The position numbers were made by a program, and so were the translations under genes. Shown one piece after another: positions 47,939 to 61,311 of a DNA stretch of 64,000 nt. Within the stretch, counting starts at the first letter, position 1. Each line of letters starts with the position of its first letter. A model generated the notes under the pieces. It did no database searches and was not told where the DNA came from. It saw only the letters and a program-made list of their open reading frames with translations. Location of the stretch: NCBI GenBank assembly GCA_010093705.1, contig MU006093.1, positions 1,385,301 to 1,449,300 of the forward strand, in the 5' to 3' direction. Origin of the DNA: Patellaria atrata CBS 101060. Its lineage: Eukaryota.

Positions 47939-49680
47939 TTAGAAGCTTTGTGGATACTGATTTGCCGGCTAAGAATCAATAGATTAGTTTTAAATGTTCA
48001 TATATGGTAGATAAATGGCGGAGAAACAGAGGAAGACCAGACGTACTGGGCTGTTCAGCATGTTTTGCCTCTTATTGCGACCTTTCTTAATATGACTCTT
48101 CAGTGCGCTAGAGTCAAGAGGTTTCAACAACTCAAAGCTACACAACAATTCCCCAGAAACGGCCATCACCGCACCCCAATTGTCGAACTCACCACAGTAC
48201 TACTATTATTAGCAACCCATCCTTGATATATCGCGAGGGGAGAACTTACATTTGGTGCAGAAAAGACCGTGACAAGGATTCGATCATTGAAAAACTCATA
48301 ACCATCTTCAACAACCATATGCGCTCGACAGACAAGGTCGAAATCATGTCTCTGCAGAAATTCCATGATAACCTTCTTGCCGAAGCAATAACTGACTCCC
48401 CTTTCATTAGACTCCCAGTCGTTCTCCATATCCGCGGGATCACTCCACAAAAGATCGTTGAGGAGTCCATAATCCGGGACGTCGGTAGGCCTTGCTATCT
48501 GCCTGATGTCGTCCATGTGAGACAAACTAGGTGAGAGACCCCCATGTACACAGAAGATTTTCCCAGCAACTATAGCAGCTATTGGAAGGGTATTGAAAGT
48601 GTCTACAAAAGCTTTCCAAACTTTGATATTGCAGCGACGTTTGCACTCATCATAGAAGCCGTACACTCGAGTAACGTTGGCACTTTCATGATTCCCACGA
48701 AGCATGAAGAAATTCTCCGGAAACTTTAATTTGTAGCATAGGAGCAGTAGTATCGTTTCTAGACTCTGTTTTCCCCTGTCTACGTAGTCACCGAGGAACA
48801 AATAGTTTGAAGTAGGTGGAAACCCGCACATTTCGAACATTCGAATGAGATCCGTATACTGGCCGTGAATATCACCAACGATTTTGACGGGTGCAGAGAG
48901 CTCAAGTAATGCTGGTTGGGATAAAAAGACCTCACGCGCCGCCTGACAGATTGCGAATATTTCAGCATTCTTTAGACAGACGGTTTTGGTGACTTTCCCG
49001 GCGTAGGCAGCATCCAACAAGCGAGTTATCATGTCTTCGAGGTCAATTGGCTTGAGTGCTCCCAGTTCCATTGTAGGCGAGCCAGACTGGCCATCTGTTA
49101 CCGTCGCATCTGGAGTAAGGGGAATATGTTGATCTTTCTTCTGGAGAATCGACTCCTTAGGTTGCTGAGAATGGGACGGCTGAGGTACGCGGATGGGTGG
49201 GGCTTCAGATACTTGATCCACCTCACCGGTTCCCTTTAAACGATCGACCGATGCATGACCGTGACCAAGCGAAGCGGATTGCGTGGGAGAAGGCGGCGGT
49301 TGCGCCTCGTCCGTTGATGCAGTTGATGTCTCTCGCGGCAGTTGAGCGGGTTGAGTTTCAATTGGAGGTGGCTGGAGAGATCCCGCGGATCCTCGCCGTT
49401 TCCTGTCTGCTGACCTCGCACTTATTGCGGAGCGAATAGAAGCATTATCAGCTTTATCGACTCCATTCCCGGCAGCGTCGCCAAGGGTAAGTCCGGAACT
49501 TGACGTCTTTGGGCTATCGGTTTTGTTTGAGTCCTTGATCTTTGATCGGATTGCACCCCGGATGGACCGGGAAGATTCTTTAGTGTCCGACCGACTAAAA
49601 GATGGCTGAGAACTCAAAGCAGGGCCGTTAGAGTCGCCTGACCCATCACCTTTTCCACCCTTTGAGGGTTGGTTTCCCAT
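47939..49680 (-). CDS. PPZ1: Ser/Thr protein phosphatase Z (PP1-like), short isoform
   Basis: Exons 49680-48250, 48199-48047 and 47968-47939 (ends PANQYPQSF*). Myristoylation-type start MGNQPSK, disordered N-terminus, GDIHGQ, GDYVDRG, RGNHE, SAPNYCGEF. Confidence 0.95.
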
Positions 49681-51449
49681 GGTAATAGTGACAACAGAAG
49701 GTTGACGTCGTGCGCAGTGTGATGTTTGGTGACAGACTCCTCCCTGAACCTAACTAAGTCTCGGGCAGATCTAGAGTTGTTGCGTGTTTGCTCAAACTGG
49801 CGAGCTTATCTTTCCGTGATACTTCCTTCCCGTCGGTGGGATATTCCTTCCCAGCAAACTCCGAAAGAATGCGGATGGTGTTGAAACTAAGGTATGACTT
49901 AGATTGTACGTGAATGCGATTATGGCTACCCAAGGTAGGTGTTATGGAGGCCGGTACAGCCTTGAGAGGAAGGAGAGGAAATGGCTCTCGAGGGAGGCGG
50001 TGGTTATGGCCTTGGCAGGGCAGGTGCGAAGGTCACAGGCGATAGGGTCGGTAAAGGGAGGAGTCTGCGAAGGGGGAGGCGGATACTGATATCGGGCCAG
50101 TTTTGATGATGTGGAGGGAAGGAACTATGTGAAGATGCACAACGGCATGTGGCTTCTTAATAAGGCTGAGGGTTCTCGCTAGGACTTGTACAATGACGAC
50201 GTAGGGCAGCCCGTGACTGAAACGGCGGGAGTCCTCGGTGAGCTATCAAAGGAAGCTTATTAGCTGATAAGCAGTTTACACTTCTCTTCGGCGATGACTC
50301 TCTTTCTATTATCGATCGTAAGAGTCTTCAAGTGCTCCGTTCTGATGGTCGATGTGGCCGGTGAAGAGAGCCAGGCTCGAAATAATGATGGCGCGCGGAG
50401 TGGGGAGGGTAGTTTCTAACTGATAGAACTAAGCTGATAGTAATCGTATCACACGCTTAGACCGGAGCTTTCGACAGTTCGCAGCAATCAGTGTGAGATG
50501 GATTTTAGACACGCAGCTGAGTGCAACAGTGGCCTTTTCTCTTGTTGGATCAGGTTCTGCTCGCGTGCGAAGAGTGTATTACAATGGCTAAAGGTACGGA
50601 GAAGGCATGAAGAGGTTTCGAGGAAAGAGGCGCCTCCTTGGCTTTAGCGTTGGCGTCCTGGCAGTCGTGGCCCAGACGTGCACTTTCGGTCTTTGGGACA
50701 AGTGAGAATTCCGTCTTTATACTTGGCGTTGCCAGCAAACGTCGGGCCGGAGACGAGGAGTATCGTCGGGTGAGGTAGGTACAGGGAGGAGTTGGGATTA
50801 CCAATTTGAGTAATTAAATATTCATTGCTCCGTTACCAAACCGTCAATCACCTCTTAAACTTACCAGAAATTTCTTTTTTGCTCATAAAGTAAATGTACA
50901 GAGGTCGAGTGTGGTAATCTTTGTTCTGTATGTCCTGAGGTAGGTGGTTTGTGAATCAAAAGGAAAATATCGGGGATAAAAGATGTCATCGAGCTCACTC
51001 TCCGTGGCATCCCGACCTTATGAATGCCCAATCTGCTGCAGGATTTTCAGGAACAACGCCGCTATTGATTGAGCCTCTTCAAGCTGCTAGGATCTCGCTG
51101 GTGCGCTCTGAATAGCTCGAAAATCACCTGATATTCTAGAACTTTTGAGGCTTGTCGAGCTATGTGAACCTACTAGTTCCATTAGGTTGTAGCTATAGGT
51201 ATGGAGGTAACCTGTACTGTAAACCGATGCCCCATATAAAGTTGGAATAGCACAGAATGAACATTGTGGTAATTCGTAACGGACCTAGTATTCTCAAAAT
51301 AGATCTATCTCCCATATCGTCATACCTGCATTCAAGGAGTGTTTACCCTCCTATAATCTCCTTTACCCTAAATTCTCACCCTCGCATAAAAGCGGTAGTC
51401 CTTCCGACTCTCTCGCCAAACGCCGACTGTCCTGCGGTACATGAGCTCT

Positions 51450-53243
51450 TCATAGCACCGTTCCCAAGTTGACATGTATCGATTTCTTATTGGTGTAGCT
51501 TTCCAATGCAGCCTCACCTAGCTCACGCCCGATTCCAGACTGCTTAACTCCTCCGAATGGTATTCTGGAATGTAAAATTAGCGACGTCATCATAAGAGAA
51601 AAGACAAGATTGTTTGCTCACCTAACGTCCGAATCATTGCTGCTGTTGATCCAAACCATACCCGCTTCAATATTTCGTGCAACACGATGTCCCTTGACAA
51701 TGTCCTTGGTAAAGACTGCACTACCTAGGCCGTAGGTAGTGTCGTTCGCCCTCGTTACAGCCTCTTCTTCAGTCTGGAATGACGAGATAACGACGAAAGG
51801 CCCAAACACTTCTTCCCTGTAAATCTTCATGTTGTCCTTAACATCTGTAAAGATAGTTGGCGAAATGAAGAAACCCTTGCCATTGACGTCCTTGTACGGG
51901 CATCCACCTGCAGCTAAGGTAGCACCTTCTGACGTTCCAGACTCAACGTATGATAGGACACGTTCGTACTGTGCTTTAGTAACTTGAGGTCCTTGGAAGG
52001 TCTCATCCGCGAAAGGATCTCCCACTTTGCTCACTGTTGCTACGCACTCCTTGAAGACTTCGATGAACTTCTCATATACACCCTCTTGAACTAAAATTCT
52101 TGAAGTTGCTGTGCAAACTTGACCTTGATTGTACATGATACCGACCTGGGCCCATTTCGCTGCTTGTTCGATATCGGCGTCGTCAAAGATCAGGAGTGGA
52201 GATTTTCCGCCGGTTTCTAATGTGATATTCTTCATGTTCACAGCAGCCATCTTCATGATCTCTTTGCCTGTGGCGGTACTACCAGTGAAAGCAATTTTAT
52301 CAATATCCAAATGTTGGGCAATTGCGGCACCAGCTGATCTGCCGTAGCCGTTCAGAATGTTGACAACACCTGGAGGGAAACCAGCTTCCACGATGAGGTT
52401 TGCAAGGTACAAAATCGACAACGGTGTCTGTTCTGCAGGTTTGAGCACAACTGTGTTTCCACAGGCCAATGCGGGTCCCAATTTCCATGCAGCCATAGAA
52501 AGGGGGAAGTTCCAGGGAATTATCTGACCGCAAACTCCGAGAGGCTCCCGGAGCGTATAAGCAAGCTTTGTTGGGCCGGTGTCCACGACCTGGCCATGAA
52601 TCTTGTCTGCCCATCCCGCGTAGTATTTGATGCAATATACAACCTCGCCTAGATCGTCATTCAGGGCCACGCTATAGGGTTTGCCTAGCGACGGTTATTA
52701 GCAAACTAATGCGAGCATATTAACAATGAGATGTACCGTTGTCCCAAGTTTCGATAGTTGCTAGTGTCTCCTTGTGCTCATCGATCAAAGCTGAAAGTTT
52801 GAACAGCATATCAGCGCGTGCTCTGCCTCCGATGTCCTTCCATGATGGGTCCTTGAAGGCCTTCCTTGCGGCAGCAACGGCTATATCCACATCTTCAGGA
52901 CCAGCAGCTTGAACCGTTGTGATTTCCTTCTCGTCACTATATCATTGAGTCAGCGGACATATCTGGAAATGACGAATGGATAGACTCACGCTGGATTCAC
53001 GGTGGTGATAGTCTCTCCCGACTTTGCCTTCACCCACTCATTGTTGATGAATAGACCGGTGGGCTGCGTATACTTGCGGCCATTGGGAGCTGTGAGTTCG
53101 ACGGAGAGATCTGACATTTTGATACTGAAGTTTCGATGATTGCTGTAGAATAGGGTTTGACAAGTAACACAAGGTCTGAGAAGAGAGTTTGAAGGGCGGA
53201 AGGTTCTTAAGGCTTGGAGAATGGTAGACGGAAGAGCGGGCAT
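51450..53243 (-). CDS. Aldehyde dehydrogenase (ALDH1/2-type); presequence-like start at ATG 53243, second ATG at 53117
   Basis: Exons 53243-52990, 52936-52737, 52684-51622 and 51564-51450. IIPWNFP, FTGSTATG, LETGGKSP (catalytic E), NQGQVCTA (catalytic C), EEVFGP, PFGGVKQSGIGRE. Confidence 0.96.
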
Positions 53244-54018
53244 GTCCGTGAAATGTTGGTTAGTTATATACGAAAGCTCTACAGAGCTCCCTCCCACTTC
53301 CTTATCCTCTCACATACTGCTGTGCCCCACCAATAGGCCCCGGAGCTTGGTAGAGCTCCCCGAACTGGAGGCTGGAGCAGCTCATCACTGTGATAAGTCG
53401 GGATTGTCGGGACTAAGGACGGGCGAGGATCAGACTTCCTCTTTAGTTCTGGCAGTTGACGATTGATTGATAAAGAGCAACGCCTCGTGAGTTGGAATGC
53501 AACGACTTCTGTGAGTCTCGTCACACTGTGTTACACAGGAAGGAAGAAAGAGGGCTTGGACGAGTACTTTTTACCGTTATTCAATTGATATGATTTATCA
53601 CGGGATACACAATCGTCTCCTCATGAACCAGGTGGCTTGTTAGATATCCTTACACCTACGTTTGGTCCGGAGCCGGACAATGCAAAACTGAATCCATCTG
53701 CGCCATTCTGCCCCGATCAATTGTAAGTGGGAGAACGGTGAAAGAAGTCGCGGGTAGAGATCGACCTGTATCTTACCTCCACTATCATCAAACCCGCATC
53801 AACGGTTGGATCTTTCCGTGCCATAGCGCGTACAACTTCCCCAGTTCTCACCCTTAGGAGGGAACGTGCACCGAACATTACTGAGGCACACATATCGAAG
53901 ATAGTCTACCTTAGGTTAAGGTACAGAAACAGAGAACTGGGCGTCAAAACAATTGATTTCAGCCATTAGGAATTGAAGGCTCAGAAGCCTTTCGAGATTC
54001 CTCCGAGAATCACGAAAT

Positions 54019-54762
54019 ATGGCCGATAGGGCTGTCCCGCAGGACAACCACGAGGAAGACCGACCGGATGCCTCCATTGACCACGCCGTGGCCCTCGAAT
54101 ACTGGAATTCAATCCCAGCCACAGATAATGGGATGTTGGCCGTACTAGATACCTATCCCCAGATTCCGCGCATAGACGTACAAGGATCGACAGCGTTCTT
54201 AGCAAAGCTTCGCCTGCACTCTACTCAGCACCCTAAATCTCAACCTCTGGCTAGGGTTGTTGACTGCGGTGCTGGAATCGGACGAATCACCTTATCCTTC
54301 CTCAGCAAGCATGCGGATGTTGTCGACATTGTCGAGCCGGTTGTGTCTTTCACAAGGGAGATCACGGAAGGAGACAAGTTCAAAGACCTCCGTGACGGAG
54401 GATGTATCGGCAAGGTATACAACGTCGGGCTCGAGAGTTGGCATCCCGAAGAAAAGTATAGCCTCATATGGAACCAATGGTGTTTAGGTCATCTTACGGA
54501 TGCCCAATTGGTCGATTACTTCAAGCGTTGTGCTGAATCATTAACCCAAGGTGGTTGGATTGTAGTCAAAGAGAATATGAGTACCCATGTAGAAGGGAAA
54601 GATGAGTTTGACCCGGAGGACTCGAGTGTGACCCGCACCGATACAAAATTCAGGAAGCTCTTTGAAGAGGCAGGACTCAAGATTGTGGCCACAGAACTTC
54701 AGAGAGGATGGCCCAAGAAACTCTTTCCTATTCGAAGTTATGCATTACAGCCTAAAGAATGA
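54019..54762 (+). CDS. TAE1: Alpha N-terminal protein methyltransferase 1
   Basis: Intronless. YWNSIPATDNGML, VDCGAGIGRIT, IWNQWCLGHLTD, VKEN, DSSVTRTD (NTM1/NRMT signature). Confidence 0.93.
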   Translation: MADRAVPQDNHEEDRPDASIDHAVALEYWNSIPATDNGMLAVLDTYPQIPRIDVQGSTAFLAKLRLHSTQHPKSQPLARVVDCGAGIGRITLSFLSKHADVVDIVEPVVSFTREITEGDKFKDLRDGGCIGKVYNVGLESWHPEEKYSLIWNQWCLGHLTDAQLVDYFKRCAESLTQGGWIVVKENMSTHVEGKDEFDPEDSSVTRTDTKFRKLFEEAGLKIVATELQRGWPKKLFPIRSYALQPKE

Positions 54763-55349
54763 TATAATTCGAAGTATCATCACACATCTGGACGAAAGGG
54801 AACCATTTATCAGATAGGAGCTCCTACACACAAAACGTTCCCACGCTCTGTTCGTAGTGAAACCAGAGCTTTGCATGCTGAGTTGCTGGAGGCCTTTATA
54901 GCTTGAGCGCAATGTGCCACTTTGGTTGAGATAGGGACTTGATGTCACTTTACCTCCAGTACGTAATCCCATAACCCAGAGACTACAAGATTCGTACTTC
55001 TGCACCCCAGATACGGGGCTGGCAAATTTTATCACCAAGGCTGATGTTGTGGGCTAGTTTTTGCGAGTACTTCATTACTCCAGCACAACATTTACGAGAT
55101 CTACTCTCTTTATGCGTAGTAAACATTCCATGTTCAAGTTCATTAACGGGAGCACCATCAAAAGGCCTTCGAGATCAATGGCTCGGATCGCGGACAATTC
55201 GCTGCGCTTAATGAAAGGGAATCTCGGAAGTATTGCGCCATGTGCGATGCGAGATGATGTATTGTACATAGAATACATTGGTATACAGATTATACAAGGC
55301 GGGTTCTCTAATTACCAGACCGAGAGTCTCCTTTTGAAGTTTTCTCCCA

Positions 55350-57383
55350 TCAAGTGGCTAGTTTCCACGTCTGCGTCTTATCTAATGACTGACTTGTGGA
55401 CCGTCGGTCAACTGACCTCTTAGGCTTTGTCTCTATTCCTTCGGCCGACATGCCAGTCCATCCCGGCGCGTACTCCCCACTTGCTTCATACTCCTCGTCA
55501 CTCACAACCTTGATGACCCTGATATTCCACTTCCCGACCCGTAACAACAGCAACTCGCCGTTGATCAGGTAAGTGTCTGAAACCGCACGATCAAAGCTCT
55601 TGGTTGCGGTCCACTTCAGCTCGCCTTCCGGCATCTGTCTCTTTTGAGCTGGAGCTCCGCCAACGTATGCTCCTTGCGATTGGACGAGGCGGTTGCCTTC
55701 AGATTTCGATTTTACCAAGCCGGCCGACCACAAGAGCGATGCAAAAGGTTTGTCGATCACCAGAGATCTTGGGAGTGTCATGTGAGGTGAGGGTGCATTC
55801 TGCCAGTTGACCTGCGGCGCAAACTCGTTCAGGGAGGCCGATATTGGTGTTGTATCCGTCGGATCAATTGCAGGGGGTGGCTTGAGCACAATACTTTGCT
55901 CTTCGCCGATGACCCATTTCTCGCCCGTGCTTTCTTCAAGCTGTTTGGTGATCGGAACGAAGGGTTTGCCAGTATTACCGAAAATAATGTGGTGTTGTTG
56001 CTCAGCGCTGCTACGTTCCATATAGCCGTGGACGAGCTCGACAAACTCCCGAGCAAGGAAGTGTTGCGCGATACGTTTGTGCGGAGCCTCGTTGTGGACA
56101 GCCATGATGCGGGAAATATAAGGGAGCGGGAAGAAGGTGAAGAGCTTCAGATATCGTTCTACGTCGGCATCTGCAGTACGAACGAAGAATTGATAGAGAT
56201 CGAAAGGGCTAGTAAGTTCTTTATCGAGCCAGATTGCATTTCCAGCACTCTTGCCAAACTTCTCTCCACTAGCGGTTGTGAGAAGGGGAACAGTGAAGCC
56301 CATGGGCAAGCGTAAGGGATCCTCCTCCGTCTGTCTAAGATCAGGGGAGTGATGTGTTTTGCGGATGTAATTAACAGCATCGATACCGGTAACGATATTC
56401 CCGAACTGGTCCGAACCTCCAACTTGAAGCTGTATATCCAGTGTATGATACAGTTCCCACCAATCCCATGCTTGCAATAGGGGGTACGTGAATTCAGCAA
56501 ACGACATGCCTACAGGGGACGCCATCTTTGTTTTCACCCTAAATGATTTGGTATTAGTGAATCGGGTATTCTTCTCTCTACACGATATCCAGGTATGACT
56601 TACGAATCACGACTGAGTAAAGACCCCATCCTCATACCCTTACCAATGTCTCTCAGAAATTCCGTGATTGGAAGCTTATTTTGCCATTCATTATTATTCC
56701 TTAACCCCCGTCTCCAACTTACTTTCCTCTCGTACCCAAATCTTCGACCGATCGCCTCCACGCTTAGCCACAGCCTTTTGATCTGGATGTGCATACCAGC
56801 CATATTCAGAGATCGCTCAGCAGGGTTTGCAATTGTACGATCCGTCGTTCGGTCCGTAGGATCCCCAATCTTCGCAGTTGCACCTCCTAACTAGGACCAT
56901 TAGATCTTGCGCCAGAGATCAAAGACAAACAACTTACCAGAGATATCGAATGAAATCCGTGTAAATACATCCAGAAGAGGACCATGAAAGGGAGTAGGTG
57001 TCCAACGTGGAGCGATCGTGCCGTAGGATCAACGCCAACATAAACTCCAACACGCTTGCGAATCATAAGTTTATCGAGGTCTTCCCGTTTCCTAATTATG
57101 CCTGATGAGCTCTGCTTTTAACAGCTGGGACAGGGGGTAGATACCCAGCAATTGCGTTGATAAAGCCTCTCTCCTCCAGAATGCTAAGCATACTCTTTTG
57201 TTCGCCCGCGTCAATCTTCCTCGCTTTTTGTTTCCATGCTTCCTCCGCCTCTTGCTTCTTCCTAATCCAGCCTTCAGATATACTACGCCGAGATCCTTGG
57301 GCTATGGTCTGTTTGAGCAGACATCGGCGACAGATGAATAGTTGCTGGGTAGCAGACCTAGGACAAAGGAACGGCAAGGCCAT
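55350..57383 (-). CDS. cyt-18: Mitochondrial tyrosyl-tRNA synthetase (CYT-18/Msy1)
   Basis: Exons 57383-57145, 57091-56938, 56890-56604 and 56538-55350. Presequence, YVGVDPTARSLHVGH, QVGGSDQFGNI, KFGKSAGNAIWLD, and a C-terminal S4-like domain with long insertions. Confidence 0.94.
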
Positions 57384-57836
57384 AGATATGGCCAAAGGTA
57401 GGCTAAATCAAAAACTAGAGAAGAAAAAGACTTGACAATCAGTAGCAACTTTCCTCCAACGCGACATAGGAAATTCAAGGACCCTAGAATCGGCGGCAAA
57501 AGTCCGGTAGGATTTTGAGTACGATGACACAGCGAACCCTGAACAGACCAACATCAGCGAACATCCAATACTCTGGTGCGTTGGCTTTCAGAGTTCACGC
57601 GCTGGTTAGAAAGCACAAGTAAAACGCATCAGAGTGCGTGGAGCGTCAATCATTGCTCTATAACCGTTGATGGTTTAGAAACTTTTCCTACTTCCCAAAC
57701 TCCATATATCACTCACCTTCGGAATCGTAGAAAATTATTACAATCTTCAGCAATACTACAAGGCCATATATATTGACCAATTGAACGGTCCACGCTTTTT
57801 TCATTAGTATATGTGACTTCCTTTCGTCTCTAGACA

Positions 57837-60800
57837 ATGGTTGTGAACATCCTCTGCGATCCTCCATTAGGTCGACCAACAATAGTATCTGCAGACAAGC
57901 AGTCTGTGAGTTCAAGTAGTTGAAGCATCATCGAATGCTCCAACTAATACCTTTAGGTTACTTTTACTGTTGTCGTCGAGACAGAGTCTGTCTTGAAAAA
58001 TAATATCGAAGCTGGCATATGGCATAATCATGATAATGTAGATGAATGGAGCTTACTCAAGCTAACACAGCTGGTATCATTCCTCGTAACAAACTGTAGG
58101 CCTATATTAACGGTACTACAAGGAAACTGTGGGAAATCAAACCTCTTCGATACCGCACTATATCTGGTTTACTGCAACCATACTAGGGAAGCCTAAGTTG
58201 GGTTCTAAAGTATCGTTTACCGTAGCATTCTGGACGAAAGGAGATGAAAGTAATCGTAGGTGGGCACGTGATCTGTCTGGAATCGGTGATGGTACATTAA
58301 TATACCAAGGAGTCTTCCCAACCGGGAATGACGTATTCAATTTTCTCCAAAATGTCGATAACAACGCTACGATATCTCCCTTGGAAACCGAGAAGAATTC
58401 TGATTGCTATGTGTTACACTGGCAACACTTAGTAAAAGCTTCATCGGGTAAGAAGCCTGGATTTACAAAATCCATTATCGGCAAATCTCCTGGTACCTTG
58501 AAATGGATGGCTATTGTTCGCTTGTGGACGCCATGGCTGGCACCAAGACATGGTGATGGCATTTTCAACCCGGATAAGGACGCGGTGGTGTGCTCGATTA
58601 TGAGAGACGATGGTTACCATGTTGTTTATCTTGCTGTTAGTGGCGTTGAGAACGTTCTAACCACTCTTAGTGGAGATGGAGAAGGAAATGTTATCGCCAA
58701 TGGTCAAAATGACGAGGAAAAAGACGGGATAATGAGAGTTATAATTGTTCTTGCTCCTTCCTTCGAGAGAGGAATAGCCGCCGCAATGTATGCTGCACGG
58801 GATTTGGTTCGAAATTTTGAAGTAAAGACTGGAGAACGAGCCGAAGAACTCAAAGCGTTGACGGAAAATAAACCCAACATACAATGGCTTGAAGAATGGT
58901 ACGACGGGCTTACTTACTGCACATGGAATGGACTAGGGCAAGACTTGACAGCAGAAAAGATTTATACAGCACTAGATTCTTTAAAGACGAATGATATCCA
59001 TCGTAAGCAGAGTGCATCCAAGCTTTTAGCCTAAGCTAACGCATTCCGCAGTAACAAATCTCATCATTGACGACAACTGGCAGTCTCTAGCACCAATAGA
59101 AGGCCCAACTACTCTCATCAACGGACTGGAAGGCGCAAAGAGCCAGTTCGAACGTGGCTGGGTAAAGTTTGAAGCCCACAAGGAAGGGTTTCCAAATGGT
59201 TTGAAAGAGACAGTTGCAAAGATTCGAAGTGACCATCCCAGCATCAAGCATATTGCCGTTTGGCACGCTATTGTAGGTATGAGTTTTCTCTGTATGGCCG
59301 TTGCTTACAATTGATAGTTTGGATATTGGGGAGGCGTGTCCCCTGTTGGTGACATCGCAGATAACTACAAAATCATCCAGGTGCAGAAGAAAGAAGGGGT
59401 AGCAGGAGGTAAATGTTTTGTAGTCGCGGAGGAGGACGTCCACCGACTCTATAATGACTTCTACAGGTTAGTACTTCATCCCTTTGCTTGCCATGGTAGT
59501 CCTAGTTACGATACACTTGCTCTAAAAATGGCTTTCGACTTCGCTATACATCCGAGTTCAAGATCGAACTACCGGATATAAGCTGTACACACCTATATAC
59601 CGTACATATATCAGAACAACTATCTACATCTGGGCTTGAGTCTCCACCAAGGAGAATATAGCAAGCGTACAGCAGTAGAGGAATATCAACCGCACCACGG
59701 GAGGAAATATATCTCAATACTATTTCAATACTAACACATTATAGCTTCCTAAGCTCCGTTGGCGTCGATGCCGTAAAAACAGATGCTCAATTTTTTCTGG
59801 ATCTGCTGGAAGACGCTGACGACCGACGATCTCTAATTAATGCATACCAAGATGCTTGGGTCATTAACTCTCTTCGTCATCTATCCTCAAAAGCGATCTC
59901 TTGCATGTCACAAACGCCACAGATCCTTTTCCATTCTCAACTTCCACACAATAGACCCAGACTTCTCGTCCGCAACTCTGATGACTTCTTCCCTGATCAG
60001 CCCGCGAGCCATCCGTGGCATATATTCTGCAACGCGTACAATGCTCTATTTACTCAGTATCTCAATGTCCTACCTGATTGGGATATGTTCCAAACCGTTC
60101 ACTCCTACGCGGCATTCCACGCAGCCGCTCGCTGCGTAAGCGGCGGTCCCATCTACATCACAGACGTCCCTGGTGAACACGACGTCGGGCTCATCAAGCA
60201 GATGACGGCCCAAACACCACGCGGTAACACCATAATCTTGCGCCCGCATTGCGTTGGTAAAGCAATAGATGCTTACGTGGCATACAATGACCCGGCCCTT
60301 CTGAAAATCTCTAACTACGTTGGCTTCGCCCACACCGGCACTGGCATCCTTGGTGTGTTTAATGTCTTCTCCCAAACCCTCACGGAACTTGTGCCGTTAA
60401 TGGACTTCCCTGGTACGGAAATCGGTGCGTACGTCATGCGTGCACACCACACAGGCAAGATCTCAAAACCGTATGAACGCAATGACACATTTGCATTTGT
60501 GCGTCTTGAGCTACCGGTTCAGGGGTGGGAGATCCTTTCCGCGTATCCAGTGCATAGATTTAAGAGAACGGGAAAGACAGATATCACGGTAGCAAATCTG
60601 GGTTTGGTCGGAAAGATGACCGGTGCGGCTGCGATTGTGAACACCATGATGCACATCGAAGAGACGGGGCGATTCAGGATGTGGACGAGCTTGAAGGCCT
60701 TGGGGACATTTGGTGAGTTATTCTCATACTGACAGCTTCAATTGTGTTGGATAAAGCGTTGTTCAAGCCGATTGAATGTCATGCTAATGGTGCACAGGCC

Positions 60801-60997
60801 TGTGGATAGAAGGTCTCAACAAGAAGTCTCTAGACGAGGATTTCATCGCGCTCATTTTCGGCAAACCGGTACCTCCTCACTGCGTCCAGACGACTGAGGA
60901 GAGTGTCTTGGAGATAGATTTGGAGACCGCGTGGAAGGAGAGTGATCAAAAAGCGGGATGGAGCAATGAGGTCTCAATTGAGATGTTCATCAATTAG
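57837..60997 (+). CDS. Raffinose synthase / seed imbibition protein Sip1-like glycoside hydrolase (GH36)
   Basis: Multi-exon, with introns at about 57906-57956, 58074(or 58086)-58122, 59003-59050, 59277-59317, 59467-59744 and 60713-60797. Motifs: LTYCTWNGLG, IIDDNWQS, VWHAI.GYWGG, GVDAVKTDAQ, ISCMSQ, RNSDDFFP, PDWDMFQT, HAAARCVSGGPIYITDVPG. Confidence 0.92.
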
Positions 60998-61301
60998 TGA
61001 TGAGCAGTGAAGGGGAAAGACAAGCGTGGTCGAAGGCATGATGATGAGCCAAAATTGATATCGCAGCTGTCTCTATGGCGAATATATCAGATAAACTGTA
61101 GCTTTTAGGGGAAAAGAAACTGGAAATGCTTTGACTAGATATTGAGGACACGGGTTCCGTGCTACTATCTCGCACGGTAATCTGTAGAGTGTTTCTACAT
61201 TTTGTCTCCTTTCGATTAGATCTCAATTGACCATGGCGATTAAGAGGATTTACCCCTATTACATAAGACTTGGCATGTTTGTGTGTTTGGTCGACGTCTT
61301 A

Positions 61302-61311
61302 CCAATATTGG
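61302..61311. promoter_or_regulatory. Palindrome CCAATATTGG (CCAAT on both strands; also a perfect CArG box) upstream of ERG9
   Basis: Lies about 220 bp upstream of the ATG. Motif match only. Confidence 0.3.
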
